From: Acidobacteriota bacterium
GTDB taxonomy: Bacteria; Acidobacteriota; Polarisedimenticolia; Gp22-AA2; AA152
Reading direction: 5' to 3'
Length of the DNA stretch: 48,790 nt
NCBI GenBank assembly: GCA_022616665.1
Contig: JAKEFJ010000048.1
Coordinates: forward strand, 1 to 48,790
This document shows positions 35,319 through 44,571 of the stretch, one piece after another. Every line of letters begins with the position of its first letter. Positions within the stretch are counted from its first letter, which is position 1. The translations under genes and the position numbers were made by a program. A model generated the notes under the pieces. The model ran no database searches, was not told the origin of the DNA, and was given only the letters and a program-made list of their open reading frames with translations.

Positions 35319-36830
35319 ATGGCCCTGCTCTCGGGAAGACTTTCGCAGCAAATGCTGGCACAGGTGTTGGGGCAGGTCCTGTCGCTGGGGAAATCGGGGG
35401 CGCTGAAGATTTCACTGGGGAACATGACCCGCCAGCTTTTCATCGAAAAAGGAAAGTCGATCCGGTACGCGGCTTCCAACCTGATGGCCGAGAGTCTCAC
35501 GGAGCATCTGAAGCGAGTGGGAAAGTTCAACGCCGAGCAGGTGCGACGAGCCACCACCTCCAAAATGGCGAACGAGCTTTTGAGCTCCGCCATGCTGCGA
35601 CTGGGATTCCTGAGCCATGACGAACATCGAGACATGGTCCGGGCGATGATCGAAAAGGTTGTGGTGGCCTCGGCCAATTGGAAGGATGCCGGCTACGAAT
35701 ACATGGAGGGGGAGATTCCATTCGCGCAGGCCGAAGACGTAGGCCTGCCGGTGCCGGTGGCTATCCTGGGGCTGACCCGCCACGGTAGCGATCTCGCCGC
35801 ACTGCGCCGTTCGCTGGGAGATGGAAATCTTCGGATTCGCGTCAACCCATTGCCGGCATTTCCCCTGGAGCAGGTTCCTTTGGATCCGGCTGAGGGGTTC
35901 CTGGTCTCCCGCGCGGACGGGACCCTCTCGGTGCGTGAAATCTCCCTGATGAGCCCCCTGGGAACCGACGAGACCGAGCGGGCGCTGTGCGGCCTGATTC
36001 TCGCGGGCATCCTGATGATCGACGGTGCCGAAAGCGAGCCCGCGCACTTCGGAGCACCCCGCCCGCAGAAGGCCGACACACGAGAGAAGGTGGAGCGCCC
36101 CCGGCGCACCGACGGCCCGACATCGGTGTCACCCCCGGTCCCGTCCGGCCCCGTGGAAGAGGTTCTCGAGCGCTTCGGGGCTCTGGATGGCCAAAACCTC
36201 TATCAGGTGCTGGGAGTGAGCCCGACTGCCTCCGAATCGGAGATTCGCCACGCCTACTACTCCCTGGCCAAGCGCCTCCATCCCGACAAATTCGCCGACG
36301 AGCAGACCAAGGCCCGCGCCGAAAAGCTGTTTGCCGCGATCACGGAATCCTACTCCACCCTTTCGCGAACGGAAAACCGCCAGGAATACGACAAGAACAT
36401 TCAACCCGTGGCGGCGAAGGGCGCCTCTGAAGCCTCCGCGGCGCAGGTGGCGCGCCAGAACTTCCTCCACGGCAAGGCCCACCTGGAAAAGCACGAGCTG
36501 ACGAAGGCGCTCTCCTTTTTCGAGCATGCGGTGGAACAGGAGCCCGGTCGCGAGGAGTATCGCCGCTATCTGGCGCTGGTCCAGAGCAGCAACCCAAGGC
36601 TCCGGAAAGAGGCTGAGCAAAACTTCCTCAAGGCCATCGAGCTGAACCCCACCTTCGCCGAAAACTACGCGCAGCTGGGACTCCTGTATCGGAAAATGGG
36701 TCAAACCGCCAGGGGGGACGAATTCCTCCAGAGAGCCCTCTCCTGGGACCCCAGCAACGAAACCGCCGTGGAAGCTCTCCGATCCGAAGATCCCAAGAAG
36801 GGAATCCTGAAAGGGATCTTCGGCAGCTGA
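35319..36830 (+). CDS. DUF4388 + DnaJ (J-domain) + TPR protein
   Basis: LSGRLS..SGALKI (DUF4388), NLYQVLGV..LAKRLHPDKF (HPD motif) and C-terminal TPRs. Confidence 0.88.
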   Translation: MALLSGRLSQQMLAQVLGQVLSLGKSGALKISLGNMTRQLFIEKGKSIRYAASNLMAESLTEHLKRVGKFNAEQVRRATTSKMANELLSSAMLRLGFLSHDEHRDMVRAMIEKVVVASANWKDAGYEYMEGEIPFAQAEDVGLPVPVAILGLTRHGSDLAALRRSLGDGNLRIRVNPLPAFPLEQVPLDPAEGFLVSRADGTLSVREISLMSPLGTDETERALCGLILAGILMIDGAESEPAHFGAPRPQKADTREKVERPRRTDGPTSVSPPVPSGPVEEVLERFGALDGQNLYQVLGVSPTASESEIRHAYYSLAKRLHPDKFADEQTKARAEKLFAAITESYSTLSRTENRQEYDKNIQPVAAKGASEASAAQVARQNFLHGKAHLEKHELTKALSFFEHAVEQEPGREEYRRYLALVQSSNPRLRKEAEQNFLKAIELNPTFAENYAQLGLLYRKMGQTARGDEFLQRALSWDPSNETAVEALRSEDPKKGILKGIFGS

Positions 36831-36843
36831 CCTCTCAGCCGCA

Positions 36844-36871
36844 TTGACTTCCCCTCCGCCGGGCCTAAATT
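36844..36871 (+). promoter_or_regulatory. Possible promoter TTGACT-N16-TAAATT for the kinase gene
   Basis: Read directly; followed by a CCCCCT-GGAG-AGGGGG hairpin (36890-36905). Confidence 0.35.
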
Positions 36872-36942
36872 CCTTCAAGAGCCGCATTTCCCCCTGGAGA
36901 GGGGGGGTTTCTCTCGGATTACGAACTCGTCATGGAGAGGGG

Positions 36943-38673
36943 ATGCCCAGCGTCACCTGCCCACATTGCCAATCCTCCCAGGAGGTGAATTCCGTCTCCG
37001 CTGGCGCCCAGGAAGGAGTCTCCTGCGCTTCCTGCGGCAGGCCATTTTCCCTTTCTGTCCCGTCGCCGAGCCCGACCCAGCGGATCAACTCCGCCTCCGA
37101 GAAGCTTCCCTCGACCGCCACGGCTGAAAAACTACCGGCCCGAATGGGCCCCTACGAGATTCGCGGCATCATCGGCACCGGAGGGATGGGGGTGGTGTAT
37201 CAAGGGTGGGACGAGCGACTCAACCGCAGCGTCGCCGTCAAGACCCTGAAGCCCGAGCTGGCTAAAGAGCCCGCCTTCTGCGAGCGCTTCCTGAGGGAGG
37301 CCCGGGCCGTCGCCTCCCTGTCCCACCCGAACGTGACCCAGATTTATTACATCGGGGAGGAGGAGGGGAGGCCGTTTTTCGCCATGGAGTTTCTGGAAGG
37401 CAAGCCCCTGGACGCTCTGCTGCGCGAGGAAGGCAAGCTTGCCTCCTCCCGGGCCGCAGAGCTGATCCGGCAGGCGGCTCTCGGCCTCAAGGCCGCCGCC
37501 GCCCGCGGCGTGATCCACCGGGACATCAAGCCCAGCAACCTGGTCCTGACGAAGGAAGGCGTCCTGAAGGTGACCGACTTCGGCCTGGCCAAGATGGTGG
37601 TGGCCGATTCGGGGCTGACTCTCACCGGAGAAGTGCTGGGCTCTCCCAACTACCTGGCCCCGGAGCAGGCCTCCGGTGCGGCCGCGGATCTCCGCTCCGA
37701 CATTTATTCCCTGGGTGCCACACTCTACGAGCTGCTCACCGGTCGTCCGCCCTTCGACGGACCGACGCCCGTTTCCATCATCCTCAAGCACGTGCGCGAG
37801 CCCTTGCGCTCGCCGCGGCAGTTCAGTCCGGAGCTGCCGGTTCCTCTGGTGACGCTCACCCAGCGGATGCTCGCCAAGCGCCCGGAGGATCGCCCGAAGG
37901 ACTATGACACTTTGCTGCGCGAGATGGACCGGTTGCTGGCGGCCGTCAGCAGCCCATCGGATGGCAGATCGGCCCTGCTGGGCGGGACCCCAAGCGATGG
38001 CCGGAATCCCGGAGCCGGCGTTTCCGCCCCGTTTCGAGGCCTGCCTGCGGAACCCATCGGCTCGTCTTCGGGACTCTGGATTATCGGCTCGATTCTGGCG
38101 CTGGGACTCATCGCCGCGTGGGGCTTCCTCAAACAATCGCGCGCCGCGGCGGCTTCCTCCACGGTGCCCACCATCCGGGCGGGCATCACGCAGCCCGCTT
38201 CCCCACCCGAACCCATGCGGGGCGCACAGAATCCGGATCAGCCCCCCTCCTCTTCCGATCCCGCCTCCGGCGATCCGTACCAGACTCGAATTCTCTCCAC
38301 CAGCGCCGAGGTTTCACCCCCCCAGCTGGGCGCCACCGGACCGCGCCAGCGCACCTTCGACCTGCCGCCGCGCATGGACAGGCTCAAAGAAGTCGCGCGG
38401 GCCAACCTCCAGTTCGTGGAGAACACCCACGAGATCACCCTGGACGGGCGCCTCAAGGTACGAGGCTCCGTTTACAATGCGGGCCTCGCAGCTGCCAGCG
38501 AGATCAAGGTGCACGTCACTCTCACCGACCCGGAAGGCAATGTCATCGCCTCCGGCGACGCGACCCTGTCGCCGCCCCTCCTCTCCAGTCACCAGTCAGG
38601 CACCTTCGAAGTCCTCTTCCCCGATCCGCACCGCAGCATCAGCATCAAAGCCGAGCTGAGCTGGAATTCCTGA
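36943..38673 (+). CDS. Membrane Hanks-type Ser/Thr kinase with N-terminal Zn ribbon and C-terminal FxLYD-like Ig domain
   Basis: CPHC..CASC; IGTGGMGVVY, VAVK, HRDIKPSN, DFG and YLAPE; one TM; VRGSVYNAG..LTDPEGNVI. Confidence 0.92.
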   Translation: MPSVTCPHCQSSQEVNSVSAGAQEGVSCASCGRPFSLSVPSPSPTQRINSASEKLPSTATAEKLPARMGPYEIRGIIGTGGMGVVYQGWDERLNRSVAVKTLKPELAKEPAFCERFLREARAVASLSHPNVTQIYYIGEEEGRPFFAMEFLEGKPLDALLREEGKLASSRAAELIRQAALGLKAAAARGVIHRDIKPSNLVLTKEGVLKVTDFGLAKMVVADSGLTLTGEVLGSPNYLAPEQASGAAADLRSDIYSLGATLYELLTGRPPFDGPTPVSIILKHVREPLRSPRQFSPELPVPLVTLTQRMLAKRPEDRPKDYDTLLREMDRLLAAVSSPSDGRSALLGGTPSDGRNPGAGVSAPFRGLPAEPIGSSSGLWIIGSILALGLIAAWGFLKQSRAAAASSTVPTIRAGITQPASPPEPMRGAQNPDQPPSSSDPASGDPYQTRILSTSAEVSPPQLGATGPRQRTFDLPPRMDRLKEVARANLQFVENTHEITLDGRLKVRGSVYNAGLAAASEIKVHVTLTDPEGNVIASGDATLSPPLLSSHQSGTFEVLFPDPHRSISIKAELSWNS

Positions 38674-38741
38674 TCTGCAGGGAGACTGCGCTGCTTCAGA
38701 TGCATGGGTCGCCGGATCTTGAATCCTGATGCAGTGCGTCG

Positions 38742-39332
38742 CTAGGCTTCCATGTCGGGGGCGGAGGCGGCGAGCTGGGCTGCGTGGCGGATGTAATGGA
38801 AGCCGGAGAACACCGTGGCGGTCAGGGTGAGGTAGACGAGGTAGGGAACCACCGCCGTCGAGCGAATCCCGAGGGTGTTGTAGAGAAGCATGGTGCACAC
38901 CGTGACGACTTGCATCGCCGTGGTGATCTTCCCGTAGAGCGTGGCCGGGAAGCGGGTCAGGCCCGTGGCCAGATGGATGACCAACGCGATGAGGACGATG
39001 AGCACGTCCCGGCTGATGGTGAGAATGGTCAGCAGGATGGGAAAGCGATTGAGCAGGGTGAAATCGGGGAAGCTGGCGGGATGATCGGGCAGCGAAAGGA
39101 CGACCAGCGCGGCGGTCATGAGGAGCTTGTCGGCCAGCGGATCCAGGAACGCTCCCAAGGAGCTCCCCTGCCCGAAGCGGCGGGCCACGAAACCATCCAG
39201 CGCGTCGCTGATCCCGGCCGCGGCGAAAACTCCCAGGGCCCAGCCGGGATGATTCGACACCACCAGCATGATGAAGACCGGGACCAGGACCATCCGGGCG
39301 ATGGTGAGGAGATTGGCGACGGTGAATCCCAA
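38742..39332 (-). CDS. pgsA: CDP-alcohol phosphatidyltransferase (PgsA-like)
   Basis: ANLLTIARM and SDALDGFVARR..GAFLDPLADK. TTG start with SD GGAGG. Confidence 0.85.
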   Translation of the reverse strand: MGFTVANLLTIARMVLVPVFIMLVVSNHPGWALGVFAAAGISDALDGFVARRFGQGSSLGAFLDPLADKLLMTAALVVLSLPDHPASFPDFTLLNRFPILLTILTISRDVLIVLIALVIHLATGLTRFPATLYGKITTAMQVVTVCTMLLYNTLGIRSTAVVPYLVYLTLTATVFSGFHYIRHAAQLAASAPDMEA

Positions 39333-39355
39333 GGTTCCTCCACGTGGCCCCGGTG

Positions 39356-39679
39356 TCAGGAGCTGCTACCGGGAGGGGCCTCCCCTTCTCCCCCATCCGG
39401 CACTGCCGGTTCTCGAGGAGCTTCCTTCGCTTTCTCGGCGTTGGGGTCGAAGTGGATGAAATTCCCGAATGTCTTGCTGCTGCTGACGGTGGCGATGGCG
39501 TGCTTGAAAATCATCTGCTCGCCCTGGGAGCTCTCTACAATCACCGTGAACTTGTCAAAGCTCTTGATGCGCCCGGTGATCTTCCTCCCGCTGTTCAGGA
39601 ACACCAGGACGCGGGCCTTGTCCTTGCGGGCCTGGTTGAAGAAATCGTTCTGGATGTTCAGCGAGTCTTCCCGTTCCAT
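39356..39679 (-). CDS. hfq: RNA chaperone Hfq
   Basis: NIQNDFFN..GRIKSFDKFTV..MIFKHAIATV. Start ATG 39679 with SD AGGAGG. Confidence 0.95.
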   Translation of the reverse strand: MEREDSLNIQNDFFNQARKDKARVLVFLNSGRKITGRIKSFDKFTVIVESSQGEQMIFKHAIATVSSSKTFGNFIHFDPNAEKAKEAPREPAVPDGGEGEAPPGSSS

Positions 39680-39710
39680 GGGGCCTCCTGTCCCGGACTT
39701 GGCCAAGCGC

Positions 39711-40676
39711 CTACCCGATTCCGGCGGTGGAGCCGATCCGCTCGGCCACATAGTCCCCGATCCTCCGAGCCGCCGACTCGATCGGACCGCTCACCTCGAA
39801 CCACTGCACGTCGCGCTCCTTGCGAAACCAGGTCATCTGCCGCTTGGCATAGCGCAAGGTGTTCCGGATGATCAGCTCCCGGGCTGCGGGGAGGTCACAC
39901 TCCCCCCGCAGATGAGCTGCCAGCTCGCGATACCCGAGTGCCTTGAAAGCATTGCCTCCCTGCGGGTACCGCTCCATCAGGCCGCGAGTTTCCTCAAGAA
40001 GCCCGGCCTCCAGGAACGCGTCCACCCGCCGGGTGATCCTCTGGGTTATCTCGACGCGCGACCGGAGAAGGCCGACCTTCACGCTGGGGAAACGGTCCTC
40101 AGAGCGCCACTCCTCCCGCGCCCGGCCCACGGTGTCCATGATGCCCTGTTCCGCCAGCTCCAGTGCGCGCACCAGGCGCTGGCGATCCGAAGGCGCGATG
40201 CGCCCGGCGGAAACGGGATCCTTCTCCTGGAGCAGCCGGTGTAACGTGCCGGCGCCCTGCACTTCCTCCAACAGAAGCAGGTGCTTCCTAAGATGCGGAT
40301 TCCGCCTGGGAAGATCCGACACGCCTTTGAGAATTCCGCGCAGATACAGTCCCGTCCCGCCCACCAGGATGGGCACGGCCCCCGCGGCAAGCATTTCGGA
40401 TAGAGCCTCATCCGCCGCTCTGAGAAAATCACCCAGCGAATAGTCTCGATCCGGGTCTTCCAGATCCAAGCCGCGATGCGGGACCCTTTCACGGACGACC
40501 TTGGGTGGCTTGGACGTCCCGATGTCCAGTCCCCGATAGACTGCCATGGAATCGACGCTGAGAATCCAGCCGCCGAACCGCTGCGCCAGGGCCAGGGCGA
40601 TTTCGCTCTTTCCGGATGCGGTCGGGCCCACGATGACCACGGCAGGCGCGCCCGCATTTCCCGGGGCCCGGGTCAA
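39711..40676 (-). CDS. miaA: tRNA dimethylallyltransferase
   Basis: GPTASGKS, DSMAVYRGLDIGTSKP, VGGTGLY and YAKRQMTWF. TTG 40676 overlaps the upstream stop. Confidence 0.96.
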   Translation of the reverse strand: MTRAPGNAGAPAVVIVGPTASGKSEIALALAQRFGGWILSVDSMAVYRGLDIGTSKPPKVVRERVPHRGLDLEDPDRDYSLGDFLRAADEALSEMLAAGAVPILVGGTGLYLRGILKGVSDLPRRNPHLRKHLLLLEEVQGAGTLHRLLQEKDPVSAGRIAPSDRQRLVRALELAEQGIMDTVGRAREEWRSEDRFPSVKVGLLRSRVEITQRITRRVDAFLEAGLLEETRGLMERYPQGGNAFKALGYRELAAHLRGECDLPAARELIIRNTLRYAKRQMTWFRKERDVQWFEVSGPIESAARRIGDYVAERIGSTAGIG

Positions 40677-40984
40677 CCCAAATCGCCTTTCTGCCTCTGG
40701 TCGTCCCGGGACCGGTTGACCACCTCCTTGAGATGGTCCTGGCAGTAGATGTGCCCCTGCTGGACGGGCTTGCCGCACCGGGGGCACCTGCTTCCCGTCA
40801 CCTTGTTGGATAGGCGCAAGGCCATGGAAAGGAGAAGACTGGTGACCAGCAGTAAAGCGCCGGCTCCCAGAAGCAGGCGCACCTGAGAGACGCGGTTCTC
40901 GTGGAAGATCATCTCGGAGGCCACCATCCAGACGACGGCGGCCGCCATGGCAAGCAATCCGATGCTACGCAAGAGCTTGACCAA
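40673..40984 (-). CDS. Small two-TM protein with a C-terminal CxxC..C..H zinc ribbon
   Basis: Two hydrophobic helices, then RCPRCGKPVQQGHIYCQDH; coupled to both neighbours. Confidence 0.75.
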   Translation of the reverse strand: MVKLLRSIGLLAMAAAVVWMVASEMIFHENRVSQVRLLLGAGALLLVTSLLLSMALRLSNKVTGSRCPRCGKPVQQGHIYCQDHLKEVVNRSRDDQRQKGDLG

Positions 40985-40986
40985 GA

Positions 40987-42192
40987 TTACTCCTTCTGCG
41001 CTTCCTCGGGGGCCGGCTCGGAGTGGAGCACCGGCTGCAGACCCAGCTCCCGCAACCCCTGGACGGCCCGCCCTTCGTGATGGGGGCCGAGAGTGCGGCG
41101 GATAGCCAACAGCTCAGAGTAGAGCAGCTCGTTGAGGCCGTCCAGCAACTGGTCCGCCCCGCTGCCGTTTCCCAGGCTCCGGATGCTCTTCTGTAGCAGC
41201 CTTTCGTCCAGAGTCCCGTCCCGGCCCAGAATCTGTTCCCCCAGAAGCGCCGGCTGCTGCTTCTTCTGGTCCAGCAGATAGCGCGACAGAATCGCTTCGC
41301 CGATGGGCCCGACTTCCTTGACCAAGTAGGAATGGAGGAAGCCGAACATCTCGTTGTAGCGGCGGATGAGGGGAAGGGTCTCCTCGTCCCGCGGCTGGGT
41401 CACGGGGGCCTGGTGGGCGCGCATTTTCAAATAGCCGGTGGAGAACAGGAGGAAGATGACGCGCAGCGACTCCGCCCGGCCGATTTCGCTGGCCCGGACC
41501 ACTTCCGCCAGGCTCTTCTCGCCATCGATGAGAGTCTGCACGTAACGCTCGTGCGGCTCCAGTGCCAGGGATCCTCCAGCCTCCCGCGGCGAGGTGGCCT
41601 CGAAGACCGCCTGCTCCGAGGGCATCCGCTCCGAGAACAATTGCGTGTTCCTGACCGAGCGGATTCCCCCGCCCACCATTTCCAGGATGGGAAGGCCCAG
41701 ATCCATTCCTCCTCCGGGAATCTCCTGCGCTTCGTGGAAGCGGAATTCGCCCTTCTCCCATTCGAAAAGCTCGTTGATGATTCTCTGGGCCTGTCGCCGA
41801 AGCACCTCCCACAGGCCCTTGGGAGTGAGGACCCCCGCTTCGATCAGGATGCGGGCGGGGCGCTCGCCGTTGCGCTCCCGCTCCAGCGCCGTTTCCATCT
41901 GCTCGCGCGAAATCTGCTCCTCACAGAAAAGGAACCCAGCCAGATTCCCGTCCGGATGATTCGAGAGCAATCTCACCACCCGCCCCTCCCGAACCTGCAC
42001 GGATACTTCCCGTCCCTCGTCTCGAAGGACGAGCACCCCCCGACGGTTCAGGACCCGCAGGAATTCCAGGACATCGCAGATGGAAAGCGCCTTGAGCCGG
42101 CCGGAAAAACTCCCGTCTCTCGCCGGCGGCCCCGGCCGCGTGGAGGACTCTGTTGGTGGCAACTGAGGATTGGAGTCGGCAGAGCGATTCAT
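40987..42192 (-). CDS. DUF4388 domain protein
   Basis: FSGRLKALSICDVLEFL..GVLVL..ELFEWEKGEFRF and a helical C-terminal domain. Confidence 0.85.
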   Translation of the reverse strand: MNRSADSNPQLPPTESSTRPGPPARDGSFSGRLKALSICDVLEFLRVLNRRGVLVLRDEGREVSVQVREGRVVRLLSNHPDGNLAGFLFCEEQISREQMETALERERNGERPARILIEAGVLTPKGLWEVLRRQAQRIINELFEWEKGEFRFHEAQEIPGGGMDLGLPILEMVGGGIRSVRNTQLFSERMPSEQAVFEATSPREAGGSLALEPHERYVQTLIDGEKSLAEVVRASEIGRAESLRVIFLLFSTGYLKMRAHQAPVTQPRDEETLPLIRRYNEMFGFLHSYLVKEVGPIGEAILSRYLLDQKKQQPALLGEQILGRDGTLDERLLQKSIRSLGNGSGADQLLDGLNELLYSELLAIRRTLGPHHEGRAVQGLRELGLQPVLHSEPAPEEAQKE

Positions 42193-42200
42193 CCGCCGCG

Positions 42201-42230
42201 ATAATATCCTCGCGAACTTTTCGTTGTCAA
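42201..42230 (-). promoter_or_regulatory. Sigma70-like promoter TTGACA-N18-TATTAT, nearly leaderless
   Basis: The -10 ends 8 nt before ATG 42192; no SD. Confidence 0.5.
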
Positions 42231-42256
42231 TCTATCGGAGAAGGCGGAGGCTGTGG

Positions 42257-44551
42257 TCAATAAATTCGCAGAAGCTCGATGCCGGGATAGTAATGCTTGA
42301 GAATGGTGGCGTAATCCTCCCCTCGCACGGCCATGCCGTAGGCGCCCACCTGGCACAGCCCGACGCCGTGGCCCCACCCTTTTCCGGCGAAGTGGAATGC
42401 CGCGACGCCACCGGAGGGATCCATCTGGCGCTCCAGAGTGAACAGGTTCTCCTTGAGTCCCAGCGCGGTGCGGACCCGAAATCCGTTGATCAGGAACGAG
42501 CCGCGGCTACCGATCAGCTTCAACTGGATGGCCCGCCCCGAGACGCCGCGCTTGGTGACCACCACGTCCTGGAGACGTCCCACGTCCACTCGCTTTTTCA
42601 CCACATCTTCCAGCTCGTCACGCGTGTAGCTCTGATCCCAGCGATAGTAGGGACTCGAGCGGTCATCGGCCGCGCCGAGCACGGACGAGGTGAGGATGAG
42701 AACGTCCACCACGCCAAAAGCGTTGAGGTGGAAATTCACCTCGTCACCCACATCCAGGATCAGCCGGGACACGGGATAGCTCCTCCCACGGACCGAGCGG
42801 TACAGGCATAGCCCCGGAGTCACCGGGTGCGTCGTGAGATTGCCCTTTTGACTCACGCTCAAGGTGCTGCCTTCCATGCCACGGAAAGTGGCCCGCTCAA
42901 ACTCCCAGGTATCGAGGCTCTGGGCGATCCGGGCGATCCAGGCGAGAACCATGGCACGCGTGGGGCGGGCATGGAGGCGGAGGGTGCCGTCGGGAAACAG
43001 CCCAAGGATCCCTTCGCTGAGCAGGAAGGCCACCGTTCTGGCGTCGGCCGGAGGAATCGATGCGTAGTCGGCGACGTTCAGGACAAAGGGAATGTCCCGC
43101 TCGTCCAGGCTGATCCGCGCCCGCTCTTCCCAGCCAAATGCCTTGACCATGAAACGGCTCCATTCCAGGATGTCCCCGCGCTCGAAGCGGTATCCTCCGG
43201 GAACGCTTCCTGAGCCGATGACCGGGAAGGCGCGCACCCACCATCCCAGGGCCTCCGCGGGAACCGCTTCCTCCTGCAGGAATTTTCGCTGCAGAGCCTC
43301 TTCGCCCGCCACGCCGGAGACCACCAGAAGCGCCAGCTCCGGACCCAGGGGAGGCGACGCCGCGTTCTCGATCCACGGCAGGTCTTCCCGCCCCGCCAGG
43401 ACGGTCGGCTCCGCCTTCTCCGGATAGCAATCCACTCCCTTCAAATAGGGCCCCTTCTGATCCGGAAAGATGTTGACCCCGTCTTCGGTTTTTCCGCCGC
43501 AGGTGGAGGTATACAACGCCTTGATGGGCAGTCCATTGAAGGCTGCGATGATTCCCGCGGTCTCCTCCACCGCCTGGTTCGTCAGCGGGTGCTCCGTGGT
43601 AAAGCCTTTGTAAACCTGACAGGACATGCTGTCGCAGATGTCGAAGCCCGATTCGGAGAACTGCCCGCGGTTCGCCGCGATGTAGGTTCTCGCCGCCACC
43701 GACTGCGCCTTGAGCGCCTCGATTTCAGGATAAATCCCGGGGCCCATCTCGTTGGGAACCACGCCGCGCAGATAATCCTCCAGAGGAAGCTGGTTGATGA
43801 CTTTCAGGCTGTCCCCCAGCATCTTGACTTCGAGCTTTCCCCGGTACGCCAGCCCGTTCACCTCCACCGTCCCGCCCGCCACCGAGGAGACGGCCACGAA
43901 CGATTTCACGTCGAGGACCTGGGAGTAATAGCGGGAGTCCACCAGCCTCAGGCGCGCCTTCCCCGACGCGGGGGAGGCCTCATCCGCCACCCAGATTTCC
44001 GTCATCCCTTCCTCCTGGAGCTTGTCGGTGAGCGGGGCGGCATCTTCGCGCCTGGAGAATTCCCCCACCCGGACCCGGTACGCGCTTCGCTCCGGGTTAT
44101 AGGACACGATGACGGGGTCGGGGACGAGCCGCTCCAGCCGGTCCTTCACGGCATCCGCCTCCGCCTGCGTGGCGAACGAGCCCACTTGAACGCGAAAGAT
44201 AGTCCGCGGCGCGACTCCCTTGGGAAGATCCACCACGACGACCACCGACTCGTCGAAACGGGCCTTCCAGAGCGGGACCAGTTTTTGGGGATGCAGGATG
44301 AGCAGCCCGCCGGCGGCGGAGAGCTTGGCTTCCGCTGGCTCCGTGGTCAGCCCAATCCGGACATCGGGCTGCGCTGCAGGTGTGGAGGGGGCATTAGGAG
44401 TGGGCGGCGGCGCGGCGGGAGGCGTTTCCCCCTTGCGCCTCGGGGCCGCCATGCCGGAGAGGCAGCCGAGGATCAGGGCCAGAATGAGAACTGCGATGAG
44501 GGCATGAAGCGATCGAATCGTTCTCGAGCCTCCTCGGCCGGGACGCGGCAT
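42257..44551 (-). CDS. SpoIID/LytB lytic-transglycosylase-domain protein with a SPOR domain
   Basis: FRVQVGSF..YRVRVGEF (SPOR); LEDYLRGVVPNEM, ALKAQSVAARTY, CQVYKG and GWGHGVGLCQVGA. Confidence 0.92.
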   Translation of the reverse strand: MPRPGRGGSRTIRSLHALIAVLILALILGCLSGMAAPRRKGETPPAAPPPTPNAPSTPAAQPDVRIGLTTEPAEAKLSAAGGLLILHPQKLVPLWKARFDESVVVVVDLPKGVAPRTIFRVQVGSFATQAEADAVKDRLERLVPDPVIVSYNPERSAYRVRVGEFSRREDAAPLTDKLQEEGMTEIWVADEASPASGKARLRLVDSRYYSQVLDVKSFVAVSSVAGGTVEVNGLAYRGKLEVKMLGDSLKVINQLPLEDYLRGVVPNEMGPGIYPEIEALKAQSVAARTYIAANRGQFSESGFDICDSMSCQVYKGFTTEHPLTNQAVEETAGIIAAFNGLPIKALYTSTCGGKTEDGVNIFPDQKGPYLKGVDCYPEKAEPTVLAGREDLPWIENAASPPLGPELALLVVSGVAGEEALQRKFLQEEAVPAEALGWWVRAFPVIGSGSVPGGYRFERGDILEWSRFMVKAFGWEERARISLDERDIPFVLNVADYASIPPADARTVAFLLSEGILGLFPDGTLRLHARPTRAMVLAWIARIAQSLDTWEFERATFRGMEGSTLSVSQKGNLTTHPVTPGLCLYRSVRGRSYPVSRLILDVGDEVNFHLNAFGVVDVLILTSSVLGAADDRSSPYYRWDQSYTRDELEDVVKKRVDVGRLQDVVVTKRGVSGRAIQLKLIGSRGSFLINGFRVRTALGLKENLFTLERQMDPSGGVAAFHFAGKGWGHGVGLCQVGAYGMAVRGEDYATILKHYYPGIELLRIY

Positions 44552-44558
44552 CTTAGCA

Positions 44559-44565
44559 TAGAATA
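44559..44565. promoter_or_regulatory. Overlapping back-to-back -10 elements (TAGAAT plus / TATTCT minus)
   Basis: Lies in a 20-bp gap between two divergent ATGs, 7 and 8 nt from each. Confidence 0.5.
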
Positions 44566-44571
44566 TTTTGC

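Noticed and set aside
36888-36914. Hairpin CCCCCT-GGAG-AGGGGG followed by TTTCTCT as a definite terminator or attenuator
   Set aside because: Short homopolymer stem, poor U-tract, and conflict with the promoter candidate just upstream; left as ambiguous.
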